From Asterias rubens (lineage: Eukaryota): a stretch of 64,000 bases of DNA. Location of the stretch: positions 1 through 64,000 of the forward strand of contig NW_022985710.1 of the NCBI RefSeq assembly GCF_902459465.1. Direction: 5' to 3'. Both the position numbers and the translations under genes were made by a program. Below the pieces are notes generated by a model that did not search any database, was not told the DNA's origin, and was given only the letters and a program-made list of their open reading frames with translations. Positions 1 through 13,483 of the stretch are shown here, one piece after another. Numbering within the stretch: position 1 is the first letter of the stretch; each line of letters begins with the position of its first letter.

Positions 1-3000
1 CTATCCAATGGTGCTAAACTTGTTTAGATTGAGCAAGTATTTGGGGTCGAACTGACCAGTTGTAACTTGTGATTTTTTCTGTGCACAAAATCCCATAGGG
101 AGGCTTGTTGAGTTAGCTTCGGAGCACAGCCGCCTACTTGTCATTTTCGTTATCAAGAAGTATGGAAGCCGCCCTAAAACTTTGAAATTCGGATGCAGTG
201 ACATGCCAGCATGACTCAGGTACAAACCGCGTCTCTCTAGCATTTTTAGTTCCAGAATGATTCAAGAGCATAGCTGACAGTTTTTATAAGTCCGGGCTTT
301 TTTTTCAATGAATATATTTTTTCCCATTAATCACCACGCGCCGTGTAAATCATGTATCAAATTCCCCGAATTTTGGGGTGTGTGTCGGGTCCACTCCCTG
401 AACTCTAGCCTCGCTTTGAAAATCCCCACAACACTAAGTTTGATACGAGAGGAAAGCCCTTGATCATGTCTATCCAATGGTGCTAAACTTGTTTAGATTG
501 AGCAAGTATTTGGGGTCGAACTGACCAGTTGTAACTTGTGATTTTTTCTGTGCACAAAATCCCATAGGGAGGCTTGTTGAGTTAGCTTCGGAGCACAGCC
601 GCCTACTTGTCATTTTCGTTATCAAGAAGTATGGAAGCCGCCCTAAAACTTTGAAATTCGGATGCAGTGACATGCCAGCATGACTCAGGTACAAACCGCG
701 TCTCTCTAGCATTTTTAGTTCCAGAATGATTTAAGAGCATAGCTGGCAGTTTTTATAAGTCCGGGCTTTTTTTTCAATGAATATATTTTTTCCCATTAAT
801 CACCACGCGCCGTGTAAATCATGTATTAAATTCCCCGAATTTTGGGGTGTGTGTCGGGTCCACTCCCTGACCTCTAGCCTCGCTTTGAAAATCCCCACAA
901 CACTAAGTTTGATACGAGAGGAAAGCCCTTGATCATGTCTATCCAATGGTGCTAAACTTGTTTAGATTGAGCAAGTATTTGGGGTCGAACTGACCAGTTG
1001 TAACTTGTGATTTTTTCTGTGCACAAAATCCCATAGGGAGGCTTGTTGAGTTAGCTTCGGAGCACAGCCGCCTACTTGTCATTTTCGTTATCAAGAAGTA
1101 TGGAAGCCGCCCTAAAACTTTGAAATTCGGATGCAGTGACATGCCAGCATGACTCAGGTACAAACCGCGTCTCTCTAGCATTTTTAGTTCCAGAATGATT
1201 CAAGAGCATAGCTGACAGTTTTTATAAGTCCGGGCTTTTTTTTCAATGAATATATTTTTTCCCATTAATCACCACGCGCCGTGTAAATCATGTATTAAAT
1301 TCCCCGAATTTTGGGGTGTGTGTCGGGTCCACTCCCTGACCTCTAGCCTCGCTTTGAAAATCCCCACAACACTAAGTTTGATACGAGAGGAAAGCCCTTG
1401 ATCATGTCTATCCAATGGTGCTAAACTTGTTTAGATTGAGCAAGTATTTGGGGTCGAACTGACCAGTTGTAACTTGTGATTTTTTCTGTGCACAAAATCA
1501 CATAGGGAGGCTTGTTGAGTTAGCTTCGGAGCACAGCCGCCTACTTGTCATTTTCGTTATCAAGAAGTATGGAAGCCGCCCTAAAACTTTGAAATTCGGA
1601 TGCAGTGACATGCCAGCATGACTCAGGTACAAACCGCGTCTCTCTAGCATTTTTAGTTCCAGAATGATTCAAGAGCATAGCTGGCAGTTTTTATAAGTCC
1701 GGGCTTTTTTTTCAATGAATATATTTTTTCCCATTAATCACCACGCGCCGTGTAAATCATGTATTAAATTCCCCGAATTTTGGGGTGTGTGTCGGGTCCA
1801 CTCCCTGACCTCTAGCCTCGCTTTGAAAATCCCCACAACACTAAGTTTGATACGAGAGGAAAGCCCTTGATCATGTCTATCCAATGGTGCTAAACTTGTT
1901 TAGATTGAGCAAGTATTTGGGGTCGAACTGACCAGTTGTAACTTGTGATTTTTTCTGTGCACAAAATCCCATAGGGAGGCTTGTTGAGTTAGCTTCGGAG
2001 CACAGCCGCCTACTTGTCATTTTCGTTATCAAGAAGTATGGAAGCCGCCCTAAAACTTTGAAATTCGGATGCAGTGACATGCCAGCATGACTCAGGTACA
2101 AACCGCGTCTCTCTAGCATTTTTAGTTCCAGAATGATTCAAGAGCATAGCTGACAGTTTTTATAAGTCCGGGCTTTTTTTTCAATGAATATATTTTTTCC
2201 CATTAATCACCACGCGCCGTGTAAATCATGTATTAAATTCCCCGAATTTTGGGGTGTGTGTCGGGTCCACTCCCTGACCTCTAGCCTCGCTTTGAAAATC
2301 CCCACAACACTAAGTTTGATACGAGAGGAAAGCCCTTGATCATGTCTATCCAATGGTGCTAAACTTGTTTAGATTGAGCAAGTATTTGGGGTCGAACTGA
2401 CCAGTTGTAACTTGTGATTTTTTCTGTGCACAAAATCCCATAGGGAGGCTTGTTGAGTTAGCTTCGGAGCACAGCCGCCTACTTGTCATTTTCGTTATCA
2501 AGAAGTATGGAAGCCGCCCTAAAACTTTGAAATTCGGATGCAGTGACATGCCAGCATGACTCAGGTACAAACCGCGTCTCTCTAGCATTTTTAGTTCCAG
2601 AATGATTGAAGAGCATAGCTGGCAGTTTTTATAAGTCCGGGCTTTTTTTTCAATGAATATATTTTTTCCCATTAATCACCACGCGCCGTGTAAATCATGT
2701 ATTAAATTCCCCGAATTTTGGGGTGTGTGTCGGGTCCACTCCCTGACCTCTAGCCTCGCTTTGAAAATCCCCACAACACTAAGTTTGATACGAGAGGAAA
2801 GCCCTTGATCATGTCTATCCAATGGTGCTAAACTTGTTTCAGATTGAGCAAGTATTTGGGGTCGAACTGACCAGTTGTAACTTGTGATTTTTTCTGTGCA
2901 CAAAATCCCATAGGGAGGCTTGTTGAGTTAGCTTCGGAGCACAGCCGCCTACTTGTCATTTTCGTTATCAAGAAGTATGGAAGCCGCCCTAAAACTTTGA

Positions 3001-6000
3001 AATTCGGATGCAGTGACATGCCAGCATGACTCAGGTACAAACCGCGTCTCTCTAGCATTTTTAGTTCCAGAATGATTCAAGAGCATAGCTGGCAGTTTTT
3101 ATAAGTCCGGGCTTTTTTTTCAATGAATATATTTTTTCCCATTAATCACCACGCGCCGTGTAAATCATGTATTAAATTCCCCGAGTTTTGGGGTGTGTGT
3201 CGGGTCCACTCCCTGACCTCTAGCCTCGCTTTGAAAATCCCACAACACTAAGTTTGATACGAGAGGAAAGCCCTTGATCATGTCTATCCAATGGTGCTAA
3301 ACTTGTTTAGATTGAGCAAGTATTTGGGGTCGAACTGACCAGTTGTAACTTGTGATTTTTTCTGTGCACAAAATCCCATAGGGAGGCTTGTTGAGTTAGC
3401 TTCGGAGCACAGCCGCCTACTTGTCATTTTCGTTATCAAGAAGTATGGAAGCCGCCCTAAACTTTGAAATTCGGATGCAGTGACATGCCAGCATGACTCA
3501 GGTACAAACCGCGTCTCTCTAGCATTTTTAGTTCCAGAATGATTCAAGAGCATAGCTGACAGTTTTTATAAGTCCGGGCTTTTTTTTCAATGAATATATT
3601 TTTTCCCATTAATCACCACGCGCCGTGTAAATCATGTATTAAATTCCCGAATTTTGGGGTGTGTGTCGGGTCCACTCCCTGACCTCTAGCCTCGCTTTGA
3701 AAATCCCCACAACACTAAGTTTGATACGAGAGGAAAGCCCTTGATCATGTCTATCAATGGTGCTAAACTTGTTTAGATTGAGCAAGTATTTGGGGTCGAA
3801 CTGACCAGTTGTAACTTGTGATTTTTTCTGTGCACAAAATCCCATAGGGAGGCTTGATGAGTTAGCTTCGGAGCACAGCCGCCTACTTGTCATTTTCGTT
3901 ATCAAGAAGTATGGAAGCCGCCCTAAAACTTTGAAATTCGGATGCAGTGACATGTCAGCATGACTCAGGTACAAACCGCGTCTCTCTAGCATTTTTAGTT
4001 CCAGAATGATTTAAGAGCATAGCTGGCAGTTTTTATAAGTCCGGGCTTTTTTTTCAATGAATATATTTTTTCCCCTTAATCACCACGCGCCGTGTAAATC
4101 ATGTATTAAATTCCCCAAATTTTGGGGTGTGTGTCGGGTCCACTCCCTGACCTCTAGCCTCGCTCTGAAAATCTCCACAACACTAAGTTTGATACGAGTG
4201 GAAAGCCCTTGATCATGTCTATCCAATGGTGCTAAACTTGTTTAGATTGAGCAAGTATTTGATGTCGAATTGACCAGTTGTAAGTTGTGATTTTTTCTGT
4301 GCACAAAATCCCATAGGGAGGCTTGTTGAGTTAGCGTCGGAGCACAGCCGCCTACTTGTCATTTTCGTTATCAAGAAGTATGGAAGCCGCCCTAAAACTT
4401 TGTAATTCGGATGCAGTGACATGCCAGCATGACTCAGGTACAAACCGCGTCTCTTTAGCATTTTTAGTTCCAGAATGATTCAAGAGCATAGCTGACAGTT
4501 TTTATAAGTCCGGGCTTTTTTTTTCAATGAATATATTTTTTCCCATTAATCCACGCGCCGTGTAAATCATGTATTAAATTCCGCGAATTTGGGGGTGTGT
4601 GTCGGGTCCACTCCCTGAACTCTAGCCTCGTTTTGAAAATCCCCACAACACTAAGTTTGATACGAGAGGAAAGCCCTTGATTATGTCTATCCAATGGTGC
4701 TAAACTTGTTTAGATTGAGCAAGTATTTGAGGTCGAATTGACCAGTTGTAACTTGTGATTTTTTCTGTGCACAAAATCCTATAGGGAGGCTTGTTGAGTT
4801 AGCTTCGGAGCACAGCCGCCTACTTGTCATTTTCGTTATCAAGAAGTATCGAAGCCGCCCTAAAACTTTGAAATTCGGATGCAGTGACATGCCAGCATGA
4901 CTCAGGTACAAACCGCGTCTCTCTAGCATTTTTAGTTCCAGAATGATTCAAGAGCATAGCTGACAGGTTTTAGGGCTTTAGGGCAAGTCCGGGCTTTTTT
5001 TTCAATGAATATAGATTTTTCCCATTAATCACCACGCGCCGTGTAAATCATGTATTAAATTCCCCGAATTTCGGGGTGTGTGTCGGGTCCACTCCCTGAC
5101 CTCTAGCCTCGCTTTGAAAATCCCACAACACTAAGTTTGATACGAGAGGAAAGCCCTTGATCATGTCTATCCAATGGTGCTAAACTTGTTTAGATTGAGC
5201 AAGTATTTGAGGTCGAATTGACCAGTTGTAACTTGTGATTTTTTCTGTGCACAAAATCCCATAGGGAGGCTTGTTGAGTTAGCTTCGGAGCACAGCCGCC
5301 TACTTGTCATTTTCGTTATCAAGAAGTATGGAAGCCGCCCTTTAAACTTTGATATTCGGATGCAGTGGCATGCCAGCATGACTCAGGTACAAACCGCGTC
5401 TCTCTAGCATTTTTAGTTCCAGAATGATTCAAGAGCATAGCTGAAAGTTTTTATAAGTCCGGGCTTTTTTTTCAATGAATATACTTTTTCCCATTAATCA
5501 CCACGCGCCGTGTAAATCATGTATTAAATTCCCCGAATTTTGGGGTGTGTGTCGGGTCCACTCCCTGACCTCTAGCCTCGCTTTGAAAATCCCCACAACA
5601 CTAAGTTTGATACGAGACGAAAGCCCTTGATCATGTTTATCAAATGGTGCTAAACTTGTTTAGATTGAGCAAGTATTTGGGGTCGAACTGACCAGTTGTA
5701 ACTTATAATTTTTTCTGTGCACAAAATCCCATAGGGGGGCTTGATGAGTTAGCTTCGGAGCACAGCCGCCTACTTGTCATTTTCGTTATCAAGAAGTATG
5801 GAAGCCGCCCTAAAACTTTGAAATTCGGATGCAGTGACATGTCAGCATGACTCAGGTACAAACCGCGTCTCTCTAGCATTTTTAGTTCCAGAATGATTTA
5901 AGAGCATAGCTGGCAGTTTTTATAAGTCCGGGCTTTTTTTTCAATGAATATATTTTTTCCCCTTAATCACCACGCGCCGTGTAAATCATGTATTAAATTC

Positions 6001-7788
6001 CCCAAATTTTGGGGTGTGTGTCGGGTCCACTCCCTGACCTCTAGCCTCGCTCTGAAAATCTCCACAACACTAAGTTTGATACGAGTGGAAAGCCCTTGAT
6101 CATGTCTATCCAATGGTGCTAAACTTGTTTAGATTGAGCAAATATTTGATGTCGAATTGACCAGTTGTAAGTTGTGATTTTTTCTGTGCACAAAATCCCA
6201 TAGGGAGGCTTGTTGAGTTAGCGTCGGAGCACAGCCGCCTACTTGTCATTTTCGTTATCAAGAAGTATGGAGCCGCCCTAAAACTTTAAAATTCGGATGC
6301 AGTGACATGTCAGCATGACTCAGGTACAAACCGCGTCTCTCTAGCATTTTAAGTTCCAGAATGATTTAAGAAAGAGCATAGCTGGCAGTTTTTATAAGTC
6401 CGGGCTTTTTTTTCAATGAATATATTTTTTCCCATTAATCACCACGCGCCGTGTAAATCATGTATCAAATTCCCCGAATTTTGGGGTTTGTGTCGGGTCC
6501 ACTCCCTGACCTCTAGCCTCGCTTTGAAAATCCCCACAACACTAAGTTTGATACGAGAGGAAAGCCCTCGATCATGTCTATACAATGGTGCTAAACTTGT
6601 TTAGATTGAGCAAGTATTTGGGGTCGAACTGACCAGTTGTAACTTGTGATTTTTTTCTGTGCACACAATCCCATAGGGAGGCTTGATGAGTTAGCTTCGG
6701 AGCACAGCCGCCTACTTGTCATTTTCGTTATCAAGAAGTATGGAAGCCGCCCTAAAACTTTGAAATTCGGATGCAGTGACATGCCAGCATGACTCAGGTA
6801 CAAACCGCGTTTCTCTAGCATTGTTAGTTCCAGAATGATTTAAGAGCATAGCTGGCAGTTTTTATAAGTCCGGGCTTTTTTTTCAATGAATATATTTTTT
6901 TCCCATTAATCACCGCGCCGTGTAAATCATGTATTAAATTCCCCGAATTTTGGGGTGTGTGTCGGGTCCACTCCCTGACCTCTAGCCTCGCTTTGAAAAT
7001 CCCCACAGCACTAAGTTTGATACGAGAGGAAAGCCCTTGATCATGTCTATCCAATGGTGCTAAACTTGTTTAGATTGAGCAAGTATTTGAGGTCGAATTG
7101 ACCAGTTGTAACTTGTGATTTTTTCTGTGCACAAAATCCCATAGGGAGGCTTGTTAAATTAGCTTCGGACCACAGCCGCCTACTTGTCATTTTCGTTATC
7201 AAGAAGTATCGAAGCCACCCTAAAATTTTGAAATTCGGATGCAGTGACATGCCAGCATGACTCAGGTACAAACCGCGTCTCTCTAGCATTTCTAGTTCCA
7301 GAATGATTCAAGAGCATAGCTGACAGGTTTTAGGGCTTTAGGGCAAGTCCGGGCTTTTTTTTCAATGAATATATATTTTTCCCATTAATCACCACGCGCC
7401 GTGTAAATCATGTATTAAATTCCCCGAATTTTGGGGTGTGTGTCGGGTCCACTCCCTGAACTCTAGCCTCGTCTTGAAAATCCCCACAACACTAAGTGTG
7501 ATACGAGAGGAAAGCCCTTGATCATGTCTATCCAATGGTGCTAAACTTGTTTAGATTGAGCAAGTATTTGGGGTCGAACTGACCAGTTGTAACTTGTGAT
7601 TTTTTCTGTGCACAAAATCCCATAGGGAGGCTTGTTGAGTTAGCTTCGGAGCACAGCCGCCTACTTGTCATTTTCGTTATCAAGAAGTATGGAAGCCGCC
7701 CTAAAACTTTGAAATTCGTTATAGCAAATAACTGACAGTTTTTATAAGTCCGGGCTTTTTTTTCAATGAATATATTTTTTCCCATTAA
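1..7788. repeat. Tandem satellite array, 469-bp unit, ~16.6 copies (continues beyond window start)
   Basis: Unit start ctatccaatgg recurs at 1, 470, 939, 1408, 1877, 2346, 2815, 3284 and onward to 7528. Early units are near-identical; later units carry indels. Confidence 0.98.
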
Positions 7789-8109
7789 AGGCACTGGACA
7801 CTATTTGGTAAATGTCAAAGACCAGTCTTCTACAAACCTGTGAAAATTTGGGTTCAATTGGTCATCAAAGTTGCAAGAGAATAGGGAAAGAAAAACACAC
7901 TTGCTGCAAAAGTTTGTTTGCTTTTCAGATGCAAAGACTTCAGCCTGAAGTCTTTTATTATTTTTGTGAGAAATTACCTTTTTCTTTACTTCAGAGGGAG
8001 CCGTTTCTTACAATGTTTTAAACTATCAAAATCTCTCCAATGCTCGTTACTAAGTAAGTTATTTATGCTAACAATTATTTTGAGTAAATACCAATAGTGT
8101 TCAGTGCCT
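7789..8109. mobile_element. Non-autonomous TIR element (MITE family 1, TTAA-flanked, Kolobok-like), degenerate copy terminating the satellite
   Basis: TTAA+AGGCACTGGACACTATTTGGT at the left end and ACCAATAGTGTTCAGTGCCT at the right end; same family as the other copies. Confidence 0.8.
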
Positions 8110-11100
8110 CTAAAAGAACCTGTGAACCAACAGGTGAAATATCCGTCATACTTTGGCGTCTTTATCTCAACTTTCATTGGATTAAAACAGCCATCGTAAA
8201 ATTATTCGATTTTGACTGTACTCTAATTTCAGAAACGGCAGCGTCATTATGGATGCCAACTGGAATTTACTGAGAGGCTAACAATTATTTTGAGTAATAA
8301 CTAATTGTGTTCAGTGCCTTTAAACGTTCTCGTACAGAATTGTGACAACCTCATCTCGTTCTTGAGCGTTTATGGCCTCAGTAAATTCCAGTTTGGCATC
8401 CACAATAATGCTGCCTTGCAATGATGAAAGCCAAGATAAAGACGCAAAATTATGACAGATATTTCACCTTTTTGGTCACAGTTGGTTTTTAAAGACAACG
8501 GACACTATTGGTTATTGTCAAAGACAAGTCTTCTCCCTTGCTGTATCCCAACATTAGATAAAATAACAAACCTGTAAAAATTTTGGCTCAATCGGTAGTC
8601 GAAGTTGTGCGATAATAATGAAAGAAAAAACGTTATTTCACTCACTTTGTAAGCGTTTCACTTACTTTATGAACTAATTAGGTGTACTGACTATAAATCT
8701 TCACAGGTATCACAGTTGCAAAAGTGAATCTTATTTACAAAAGGAATGCTTTTCAAGCTTTGTTACTTCATGACGTCAGTGACAATATAAAAAACGTGTA
8801 ATAGTTTGAAATAACTTTTGAAATATTTTGTAATAACTTTGTGGAAACAAGGTCAAAGTTGGTTCCTGTTGACAAGAACACCGTGGCGTTGGAGATGCTG
8901 GACGAACCAACTTTCTGCCGTAGGAGGCGTCGCTTGTCAGACCATGGAATCCTTCCTGCTGTCGAAATACATGAGGAATGGTATGCCGCCCAAACCAGGT
9001 ATGTTGGAAGAGTAAACGGGGAAAATTTTAGTTTAGGCAATCTTTAGTGAGCAAAAATGTGCAAAAATGTGCTAAAAACTAAGTGTTCAAGTTTGAAAGT
9101 TCTTCGGCGACCATTCGTAGGTCATATAGGAATGTTAATCTCAGTATAAGAATTTGACATTAAGTAGCAACAAAAATGTTGTGCCATGTTTTTGCTGATC
9201 AACACCCCGAAGGGAACGGGGGTCCAGCCTCCGATTGCCCCGGTAGTAGCACCTTCCGATAAGCCGCAAGAGCCGGGGGTTGACGCTCCGGACAACGGTA
9301 TCTCAAACAAAGCGTTCTTGGAGGATGAAGGGGAGATCGTCGCGACCGCTGATGCCGAGAATGGCGAGCCGGACATAGAAGGGAAATCTGGGGTGGCAAA
9401 GAAGATAATCTAAGTATAAAATATTTTTTGCGATTATTTTTGCCATAATAGCACTTCTTTTTATTTTTCTTCCTTTTAAGATTTGTCTCTCCAGTTACAA
9501 ATTTGTTGGGAGAAGGCGTTACATTTTTACAAAATGTTTGGGTCCATTTTAATAATAACACCTTCCTATGTATGACTTTATTATAGTCTGTCCTTTAGAT
9601 TATAGGTCTAGACCTAAAGCAGAAACATGGTAACTTTGGCTCTGGCTTCGGTTCCAACTTAAATCTTCCCTGGGTCGACCCCGGTGTGTGGTGGGTTTTT
9701 TTGCCAGGACAAACGTGTGCAGATAATTACCCACGTTTTGGTCGACCCAGGAAGCTAAACGAACGCACCCAATTAATGTAGGCAATAGTGTACAGGGTAC
9801 CCGTCCAAGTGATCTCATTTATGGAAAGCATGACATGCCCCATATAGGGGCAGAGGGTACCCCCAACCAATCCCCATTTTACCAGCACACTATTGTCCTC
9901 TTGTACATAAGTACCCACCCCCTCCCTCCCCCAATTCTCTACAGAATTCCTGATATTCCAAGCACACATTGAAAGCACGATAAATGGGCACCAATGCTGA
10001 AAGTCGCCGTTGACTATAATTATGTACAATTTGTATTAATGTAATATGTGTTGTTTTAGTCCTCAACTATTGTAAACGGTTTTTTAGAATTTTAAAGAAG
10101 TAAAGAGACACGAGGCTGGCTGTCAGTTTTTAGAGTTAACAACAGACCGATATGCGTCACATGACCTACGTGTATAGTGGGTATTGGATGTAAACAAACA
10201 CGGCGCACTGCAAATTCAGAACTAATTGGGGAGGGAAGTGTGTGTGTCTAAGTGAAAACCACATCTATAATTGTAGCGCGTCTTGGGGTGTATCGCGTTG
10301 CTGAGTTACTCCCGCTTGAAATTAGCCACTATACCATTTTTTTGAAAAACGATTTAATAAAAATAAATTGATATTTTGAACTACCATTGTGTGCAAAAGG
10401 ATACAAATTAGACATAAGTATGATCACAAAATTGTTGTATACATATATGCTTCATTGCCTAAAAGTAAGTGTCCTAAAGGTTAACCATGCAACTAAAGAT
10501 CTTTAAAAGATTGTTTTATATTTTTTCATTATTTTATATTTTAAACATTTTCCACATTAAACTGTCCATAACTTATTATTGCATTGGGCGACATGTGACT
10601 CATTTTCACAGAGTGGGTCACATTTATTCCCTATCCTAAACCCTCACGTTAAAAATGTGTATAATCAACTTGTTTTCAGACTCGTGCATTGCAGAATTTG
10701 TTCTTGGCGTTGTAACCCATCAGTTGAAGTCACACACTATACTGGGTCTGATAGACAGTTTTATAGCAACATTTATTTGGTTTTCCATATTTCATGATTC
10801 AGTCCAAACAGGCCGCGTGCTTGACCTTTTGACGGAGTCGCGATAATCCATTGTATGAAATGCATCCACCCTGCGTTTTATTGTTGATGTTATTATTTCA
10901 AATCTGAAATATATTTGGTTTAAAGTTGCTTTTTTGTACAATTTAACATGAGGTTTGTTTCTACTCTCTGGAAGATTGGGATTTAGTTTACTCTCGCTTA
11001 AAAATATATCTTCTAGCACAAGCTGAAATATAACATTATGGTTTTTGCATTCTTTCTGTTTCAAGTTGAAATAAAAGAATACAGTGCAGTATCATAGTCC

Positions 11101-11209
11101 AAAGGAAAACAAAGTTGTTTTCTTCTTCAAACTTGCTAGATATAAGGCATACCCCCATTGTGTATTCACTGTCTGATCTGAAACTCATGGGGCATTAAGA
11201 TGGCTTTAA

Positions 11210-11586
11210 AGACACTGGACACTATTGGTAATTGTCAAAGACCAGCCTTCTCGTTTGGTGTATCTCAACATTATTCACCAAATAATAGGCCTGTGAAAAT
11301 TTGAGCTGAATTGGTCGTCGAAGTTGCGAGATATTAATGAAAGGAAAAACACATATGCTTAATTTCGAGACCTCAAAATTTAATTCTGAGGTCTGGAAAT
11401 CAAATTCGTGGAAAATTACGCACACAACTTCGTGTGACAAGGGTTATTTTTTTTTTTCATTATTATCTCGCAACTTCGATGACCGATTGAGCTCAATTTT
11501 TCATATGTTCGTTATTTTATGCACAAGTTGAGATACACCAACTGAGAAGGCTAGTCTTTGACAATTACCAAATGTGTCCACTGCTT
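11210..11586. mobile_element. MITE family 1 (TTAA TSD, Kolobok-like)
   Basis: TTAA-AGACACTGGACACTATTGGTAATTGTC...ATTACCAAATGTGTCCACTGCTT-TTAA, with internal hairpin TTTCGAGACCTCA/TGAGGTC. Confidence 0.85.
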
Positions 11587-12137
11587 TTAAAGCTTTGTTG
11601 CCTTCAAAACTATACACAAGCACATTGGGTTACTCAGATTACTCGGCCTTATTGAATGACGATGAGAACATAACACTTCACGGTTCAGCTTTGGTGTACA
11701 CAAGTATAGACACGAAACAGCGCCCTCGTGTGCACCATATCTTACGTTGTTACAGAGAGTGTTTGGAATGATATTGGACAAATATTTTAGCAGTTAAGTG
11801 ATGATTTACCTATAAGTAAGTTTTGTGTTTTTGTGCAGTTTTTTGACAACAATACGCTGCTTTGTAAACCAAATGTCTAACTGCACAACATGGCGGACCG
11901 TGTGTCCCAAAGACAAAATTAGGTGATTTGATTGACTACTAACTGTAACGACACATAATTAGTTTTGGTGTGCATTAGCAACTCTTGGAAAGGATAAGGA
12001 GCAATTCTTAACAACACTATAATGTTGAGAGATTTGAAGGCAATAACTGTCGGCAATCGTATATTTATTGTACACACTACAACAATCAGACACAAACTTG
12101 ATAAATACTGCATGTTTTATCAAACAACATTTGTTAA

Positions 12138-12427
12138 AGGAACATTACAGAATTGGTTTGCAAGCAAAGTTTGAGATCGATCGGCCATCTGGGTCACGAG
12201 AAAATAGTGAGAATTACGGATTTATTTTAAACACATGTCATGACACGGCAAAACGCGCGGAAACAAGAATGGGTTTTCCCGTTATTTTCTCCCGACTCCG
12301 ATGACCGATTGAACCTAAATTCTCACAGGTTTGTTATTTTATATATTAGTTGTGAAACACGAAGTGTGGGACTTGGACAATACTGTTTACCGATCAACAC
12401 AACGTTCTATAAGCAAAATACATTTCT
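12138..12427. mobile_element. Degenerate TTAA-flanked element (second family, AGGAACATTACAGAATTGG end)
   Basis: TTAA at both ends with AG...CT termini; TIR match is poor. Its right end recurs at 24958-24994, where block B starts. Confidence 0.45.
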
Positions 12428-12862
12428 TTAAACTATTTCATTTTGACTGAGCTGTCTCAAAGCAAGTCGCAGCCGTTTTCCTACTTTATTGTTTGTAAAC
12501 TAAAATCTATTCGTGGAGGTTGCCATAACATTTCCATAACTGACTGCCAGTCGTTTCATGCTTATTCAGTAGTAATTTCTACTATAGAAGAACGGCCTGT
12601 GGTATTTTGCAATGAATTACCGGGCAATTTAGGATCCTACACTGTCATGCCTTTCCTGCAAATTTGAGTAGTATTTTGCTGATATGTATATTTTCAATTA
12701 GCATGTCAGGTAACTCCTTCATGACGTGATAGGCATAGCCAGGTTCTAAGTAAAACTACATCCGTCATTTCCGATGTCTAAGGGAATTTTGTCCACCGGA
12801 GATTCTCTTGTGATGCCCTTGCCCTTGGTATTCCCTTGCCATTGGTATTCACTTCCATCAGT

Positions 12863-13483
12863 TTACTGATGACCGCAGTTGTCCAGCATGAAGGAGTGAC
12901 ACCGAGGGCGTGATCGGTAATCTTTCCCGCTCGTACCCTGTAGCTCATCCATGGCATGACGGAGCAGACACTGAGGTGTGAGACGGCGGCTGTTGTACAC
13001 GGGGAGCTCACAGACAGCGTGACGGTTCGAGTTGATGCAGTGTTGATCGTCCCATGTACCGTTCATATCAACCAGCATCACTGCACAATCAGCGTTGTTA
13101 GCATTATTCGGTTGCCTTCCAGCCCAATTCTCATAAGCGTTAGTCTCACCCTTCAACGGACAGTGCTGCCAGTTTCCCTCCTCCTCGATGTCATTACAAC
13201 CAATCCAGAGACTGGAAGGTGGCTTCTGATCAAACACTTTCAGGTAAAGTTTCCATATAAAATCCTGTTCGAATCTTGAGTTTGGCACAGCGAGGTTTGC
13301 CTCACTCTGGGCACAAGTGTGATTTGCTTCGAACCAATCTACCCTCTGCATTGCAAACAAGTAACATGACTCGCCGTATCGGTGCCAATCAGGAGGGCAG
13401 ATTTCAGCCAATAGACAACCACAATAAACGACCAAAACAATGCTTAAACGTTGAACTGCAACCATTTTGAATACTTGAAACAA
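12863..13483 (-). CDS. Secreted C-type lectin L1a, single exon, 206 aa, with shortened in-frame PAN/apple remnant
   Basis: Signal-peptide-like N-terminus; CPPDW..YGESCY, WIGCND, QPNN..DC, WDD..C and CE motifs; tail PQCLLRH..RSRPRCHSF. Confidence 0.88.
   Translation of the reverse strand: MFQVFKMVAVQRLSIVLVVYCGCLLAEICPPDWHRYGESCYLFAMQRVDWFEANHTCAQSEANLAVPNSRFEQDFIWKLYLKVFDQKPPSSLWIGCNDIEEEGNWQHCPLKGETNAYENWAGRQPNNANNADCAVMLVDMNGTWDDQHCINSNRHAVCELPVYNSRRLTPQCLLRHAMDELQGTSGKDYRSRPRCHSFMLDNCGHQ

Noticed and set aside
1-7794. Repeated 80-aa ORF (MLERRGLY...) and related ORFs in the satellite
   Set aside because: By-product of the repeat unit: no recognisable domain, and frameshifting indels are tolerated in several units.
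9727-10029. ORF with AWNIRN / GVGTYVQE, vaguely like a LINE endonuclease
   Set aside because: Motif spacing is far too short and no other endonuclease or RT motifs lie nearby; may be chance.
12956-13279. Plus-strand ORFs overlapping lectin and UGT exons (also 18527, 21339, 25526, 33195, 45365)
   Set aside because: Antisense shadows of real coding sequence.
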